From NCBI GenBank assembly GCA_963770755.1, contig CAVYQZ010000006.1, positions 196,818 to 260,817 on the forward strand: DNA of 64,000 nucleotides. The letters are read 5' to 3'. This document shows positions 60,123 through 64,000 of the stretch, piece after piece. How positions within the stretch are numbered: the stretch's first letter is position 1; each line of letters starts with the position of its first letter. A model generated the notes under the pieces. It was not told where the DNA came from, searched no databases, and worked only from the letters and a program-made list of their open reading frames with translations. The stretch is from Candidatus Aminicenantes bacterium. Lineage in GTDB: Bacteria; Acidobacteriota; Aminicenantia; UBA2199. The position numbers and the translations under genes are program-made.

Positions 60123-61052
60123 ATGAAAAAGCATGCAGTTATTTTATTCGGTTTGTTGATTCTATTTGCGCTATGTCAGGCACGGATCAAGCAAGCAAAT
60201 CCAGAGGTTTTTCCGGTTCTGAATGGCCCATACCTTGGCCAGAAACCCCCGGGAATGACACCGGGAATATTTGCACCCGGGATCGTCTCGACGGCCGAGT
60301 TCGAATTCGCAGGTACTTTTTCTCCGGACGGGAAAGAATATTTCTTTACCCGGCGCCCTGACTACGGGGGATCCGAAAACAGGATTTATTGTACACGGTG
60401 GCTCAACGGACGGTGGAGCCGGCCTGCTCGGGCTTCCTTTGCCAGGGACGTGTTTGAATTTATTCCGGTTATTTGTCCCGATGGGGAAAAAGTGATTTTT
60501 TATTCAGAACGGCCGAAGCCGCAGAACGCCGGCTTTGACGGAAATCTTTGGGTTTCCGAAAAGACCGGCCAAGCCTGGAACGAGGCGCATTACTTCTTGC
60601 GTCCGGCGAACCGGAAGTACTGCATGATGGTCTCTACAGCCAAGAACGGGAACATGTACTTTTCCGGGGTGTTTAATGGCCAGCGTGGTGTTTTTCGTTG
60701 CGAATATCGTTCGGGAAAGTACGCGGAAATGGAGTATCTGCCCGAAGAAATTAATTCAATCAGGCCGGCCCATCCGTTCATCGCCCCGGATGAGAGCTTC
60801 ATGATTATGGATTCGCAGCCCAGCGGCATGGGCAAACCGGAGTTGTTCGTCAGCTTTCGCAAGGCGGACGGCTCATGGACCCGGGCGGTGAACATGGGCC
60901 CGGAAATCAATTCCACGAAAACCGAGTTTGCGGCCAGCGTTTCCCCCGACGGCCAGTACCTTTTTTTCCATCGGCACGTAAACGGAAATGGCGATATTTA
61001 TTGGGTCTCGGCCAGAACTATTGAAGAGTTAAAATCAAGAGATTTTAAATGA
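60123..61052 (+). CDS. Secreted WD40-like/PD40 (TolB-like) beta-propeller repeat protein
   Basis: SPDGKEYFFTRR, SVSPDGQYLFFHR PD40-type repeats; signal peptide. Confidence 0.6.
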   Translation: MKKHAVILFGLLILFALCQARIKQANPEVFPVLNGPYLGQKPPGMTPGIFAPGIVSTAEFEFAGTFSPDGKEYFFTRRPDYGGSENRIYCTRWLNGRWSRPARASFARDVFEFIPVICPDGEKVIFYSERPKPQNAGFDGNLWVSEKTGQAWNEAHYFLRPANRKYCMMVSTAKNGNMYFSGVFNGQRGVFRCEYRSGKYAEMEYLPEEINSIRPAHPFIAPDESFMIMDSQPSGMGKPELFVSFRKADGSWTRAVNMGPEINSTKTEFAASVSPDGQYLFFHRHVNGNGDIYWVSARTIEELKSRDFK

Positions 61053-62587
61053 AAATATTTAAAAGAATTGCCGTGTCAGCTGCAATCGGCATCGTTCTAT
61101 TCTTTGCCTACTTAATGATCGCGTATGGCCCGAAATATATTATTGGCTATTTCACGCATTTGCGTGCTCCGGGAAACGGGGACTGGCAAGTATTTCCTTC
61201 ATGCAAAATCAATAAACCGGACAACGTTTATCATTTTAAGAAAAAGTTGGAAGAAAACTACATTGAAACGTTATTTAACGATAAGATCAGAATTCTTGGA
61301 CTGACAACCTTCGAGGAATATATTGAAAAAACGCATACAACCGCTTTGATTGTGGTAAAAAACGATACGATCATTTACGAAAAGTATTTCAATGGATTCC
61401 GGCGAAATGATTTGTCCATGGCCATGTCCATGACCAAGTCGTTCGTAAATTCGCTTATTGGTATCGCGATGGATGAAGGCTACATTAAAAGCGTGGACGA
61501 GCCCATTACAAATTATTTGCCCGAATTAAAAGAACGTGACCCAGACTTCGCATAAGTTACATTGAAACATCTTTTGATGATGTGTTCCGGGATCGACAGG
61601 CAAAAATCAACCATCAACGGGATCCCGTTGCCATGGGATGGCAAATCGATCACATTCGGTCATCCGCAATTGAGAAAATATATTCTTAAACGTCTTGATA
61701 TTCATAGTGCCCCCGGCAAACAATTCAATTACACCGACTACAACGCGGAGTTGCTGGGCTTGATCCTGGAGAGAGCGATCGGAAAATCGGTATCCGCATA
61801 CCTTGAAGAAAAGATCTGGAAACCTTGCGAAATGGAATATCCTGCCTTATGGCTTCTGGACAGCAAGAAAAGTGGATTTGAAAAGAAATCTTGCGGCCTG
61901 TATGCCAGGCCCATTGATTACGCGAAGTATGGCAGACTATATCTTAACCGGGGCACTTGGAATGGAAGACGGGTTATTCCCGAAGCATGGGTGATGGAAT
62001 CTACTCGCGAAGATATCCAGACGGATCAATTGAATTATTATCCGCCGGGATGGCTTAGGAATACATACTATAAATATCATTGGAAGGGATTTGTGAACCC
62101 GGATGCAACCATTAGCCTTTCTGTCGGCGGCGACATGGGACAAAATATTTATATCTCGCCTCAGAAAAATCTGATTATTGTTCATTGCGGTTCCTACAGA
62201 TCCCAGTATGGTGTGGAAGACTTGTGGGATATTGAAAGAAATATTGACAATCCTTTTTTTGACATAGTGTACTCAAAAGGAGTGTCTGCGGCAATGGCAT
62301 ATCTTGAATCCATGACCCAAACTGCTCGGATCAGCTTGGTCTCTGAACGGCAGTTGAATACAGTCGGCTATGGTTTTTTATATGAGAACAAGTTGGACGC
62401 TGCCATGACTGTTTTTAAGCATGTCGTCGAGATTTTTCCATCATCTTCGAATGCCTACGACAGCCTGGCTGAAGCGTATATGAAAAACGGGCAGAAAGAA
62501 ATGGCAATAAAAAATTATGAAAAATCCTTGACGTTAAATCCTGATAATGAGAATGCAAAAGAAATGATAAATAAATTAAAAAATTAA
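61049..62587 (+). pseudogene. Beta-lactamase-family serine hydrolase with C-terminal TPR module, paralog B, interrupted by in-frame TAA at 61553-61555
   Basis: ORFs 61049..61555 and 61562..62587 are in the same frame; SMTKSF (SxxK) before the stop and LLMMCSGI, YTDYN after it; C-terminal YDSLAEAYMKNGQKEMAIKNYEKSL. Confidence 0.7.
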
Positions 62588-62613
62588 AACCAATGGAGGT
62601 AAATACAAACAAC

Positions 62614-64000
62614 ATGAAAACACTTAAAAAGAATTTAATTTTTACTTTAACATTGCTTTTTCTGTTTCCTCAAATTTATGCTCAAGACAAATTAACCGAA
62701 AAGCTTGATGAAGTCATAGACAAAGCAGTTGAATTGGATATGTTTTCCGGGTGCGTTTTAGTTGCTAAAGAAGACAAAATTTTGTACATGAAAGCTGCAG
62801 GTGAAGCTAATAAAGATTTTCATATTCAGAATACACTGGATACTAAATTTAACATTGCATCCGGAACAAAACCATTTACATCCACTTCTATAATGTTGCT
62901 AGTTCAGAAAGGATTGATTTCCGTTAATGACCCGGTCACTAAATACCTTCCTGATTTCCCATTTGGTGATAAAATAACAATTTTTCATTTGCTTACGCAT
63001 ACATCAGGATTAGGGCATTACACAAGGGAATACAGTGAAAGAATGCACAATATAAGAGGCTTTGAAGATTTCCTGAACTTATTTGTATATAAAGAGAAAT
63101 TGTTATTTGAACCCGGTACTAAATTTAGTTATTCCAACTCCGGAGTGATAGTATTGGGAGCAATTATTGAAAAAGTGTCTGGTTTAAAATATGCTGAGTT
63201 TTTAAGACAAAATATTTTTATTCCTTTGAATATGACAAATACAGCCAGTATAATGCCTGAAGAGGTAATAACAAAACGTGCCTCGGGATATATTAGAAAA
63301 ATCACTGGTGGATTTTTTGAAACATCCTTACGGGTTTGTCCTCCAACCTCTGCAACCGGATTGCGAACTACGGTAACTGATCTTTTTAAATTCATTCGGG
63401 CTATACATAATGATAAATTATTGAAAAAAGAATATAAAGAAATGATGTTCACACCTTATTTAAGTGATGATTTGGGTCCATACGCGTTTTTGTGGGATGT
63501 TCTTAGCGGCTGTATTTATGCTGATTGTAAGGGTACGGTTATCGGTCACCGAGGTGGCCAACCAGGTTTTGAGACCCTGTATTATTATTATCTTAATGAA
63601 AAATATACGATCATCCTTCTATCAAATTATTCGAATAGCAGGAGAATCTATCCAATGATTGAAGCAATTGTATTTGGTAATGATTATATGTTGCCAAAAC
63701 TTCCAGTAGAAATAGAGCTTTATTCCTGGATGAAAAAGATGGGCTCTGAATATGTTATTCAAAATATTAATAACCTACTGAACGATAATAACTATACGAT
63801 TTCTAATTCTCGAATTCTAAATAATGCAGGATATGATTTGATAAATGAAGGAGAATTGGATTATGCAATAGCCTGTTTTATTTTAAATGTCAAACTTTTT
63901 AAAGATGATGCTAATGCCTACGACAGCCTGGGTGAAGCATATTTAAAAAACGGACAAAAAGATTTGGCTATCAAAAATTATGAAAAATCGTTGGAGCTGA
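62614..64000 (+). CDS. Beta-lactamase-family serine hydrolase with C-terminal TPR module, paralog C (AT-rich, 3'-truncated by window end)
   Basis: Manual translation MKTLKKNLIFTLTLLFLFPQIYA..SGTKPFT (SxxK)..LLTHTSGL..YSNSGV..; ends ..YDSLGEAYLKNGQKDLAIKNYEKSLEL at window edge; absent from ORF track because no stop in window. Confidence 0.75.
   Translation, partial: MKTLKKNLIFTLTLLFLFPQIYAQDKLTEKLDEVIDKAVELDMFSGCVLVAKEDKILYMKAAGEANKDFHIQNTLDTKFNIASGTKPFTSTSIMLLVQKGLISVNDPVTKYLPDFPFGDKITIFHLLTHTSGLGHYTREYSERMHNIRGFEDFLNLFVYKEKLLFEPGTKFSYSNSGVIVLGAIIEKVSGLKYAEFLRQNIFIPLNMTNTASIMPEEVITKRASGYIRKITGGFFETSLRVCPPTSATGLRTTVTDLFKFIRAIHNDKLLKKEYKEMMFTPYLSDDLGPYAFLWDVLSGCIYADCKGTVIGHRGGQPGFETLYYYYLNEKYTIILLSNYSNSRRIYPMIEAIVFGNDYMLPKLPVEIELYSWMKKMGSEYVIQNINNLLNDNNYTISNSRILNNAGYDLINEGELDYAIACFILNVKLFKDDANAYDSLGEAYLKNGQKDLAIKNYEKSLEL

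Overview
This 64 kb window looks like a bacterial chromosomal segment read from raw sequence and the ORF track, with no searches run. Gene content (class 1B dihydroorotate dehydrogenase PyrK/PyrD, formate-THF ligase, a flavodoxin-ferredoxin fusion) suggests an anaerobe. Sigma-70-type -35/-10 promoters are visible. Housekeeping genes dominate the first 46 kb: a subtilisin-like protease, recN, a miaB-like gene, ligA, acpS, a class A PBP, smc, asnS, pyrK/pyrD, a tRNA-Arg(CCT), fhs, pepT, and the origin-type string rpmH-rnpA-yidD-yidC-jag-mnmE-mnmG. Interspersed are a GNAT-HDAC fusion gene and a comEA gene divergent from a pseudopilin operon. The last 18 kb looks accessory. It holds a compositionally distinct GC-rich five-gene operon (three paralogous extended-SDR epimerase/dehydratase genes, a PAP2-like membrane protein and a CPBP protease) at 46.9-51.6 kb. 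This is followed by a 7TMR-DISM LytS/LytTR two-component system with a candidate direct-repeat operator, a DUF1080-propeller gene, an ankyrin-PDZ gene, and a tandem array of beta-lactamase-fold/TPR paralogs of falling GC. One paralog carries an in-frame stop. Three essential or structural genes (rnpA, mnmG, a pseudopilin) show single-base frameshifts at homopolymer or dinucleotide runs, most likely indel errors in the assembly. No CRISPR array, transposase or integrase was found. The GC-rich SDR/PAP2/CPBP operon and the GNAT-HDAC fusion are the best candidates for an undescribed system.
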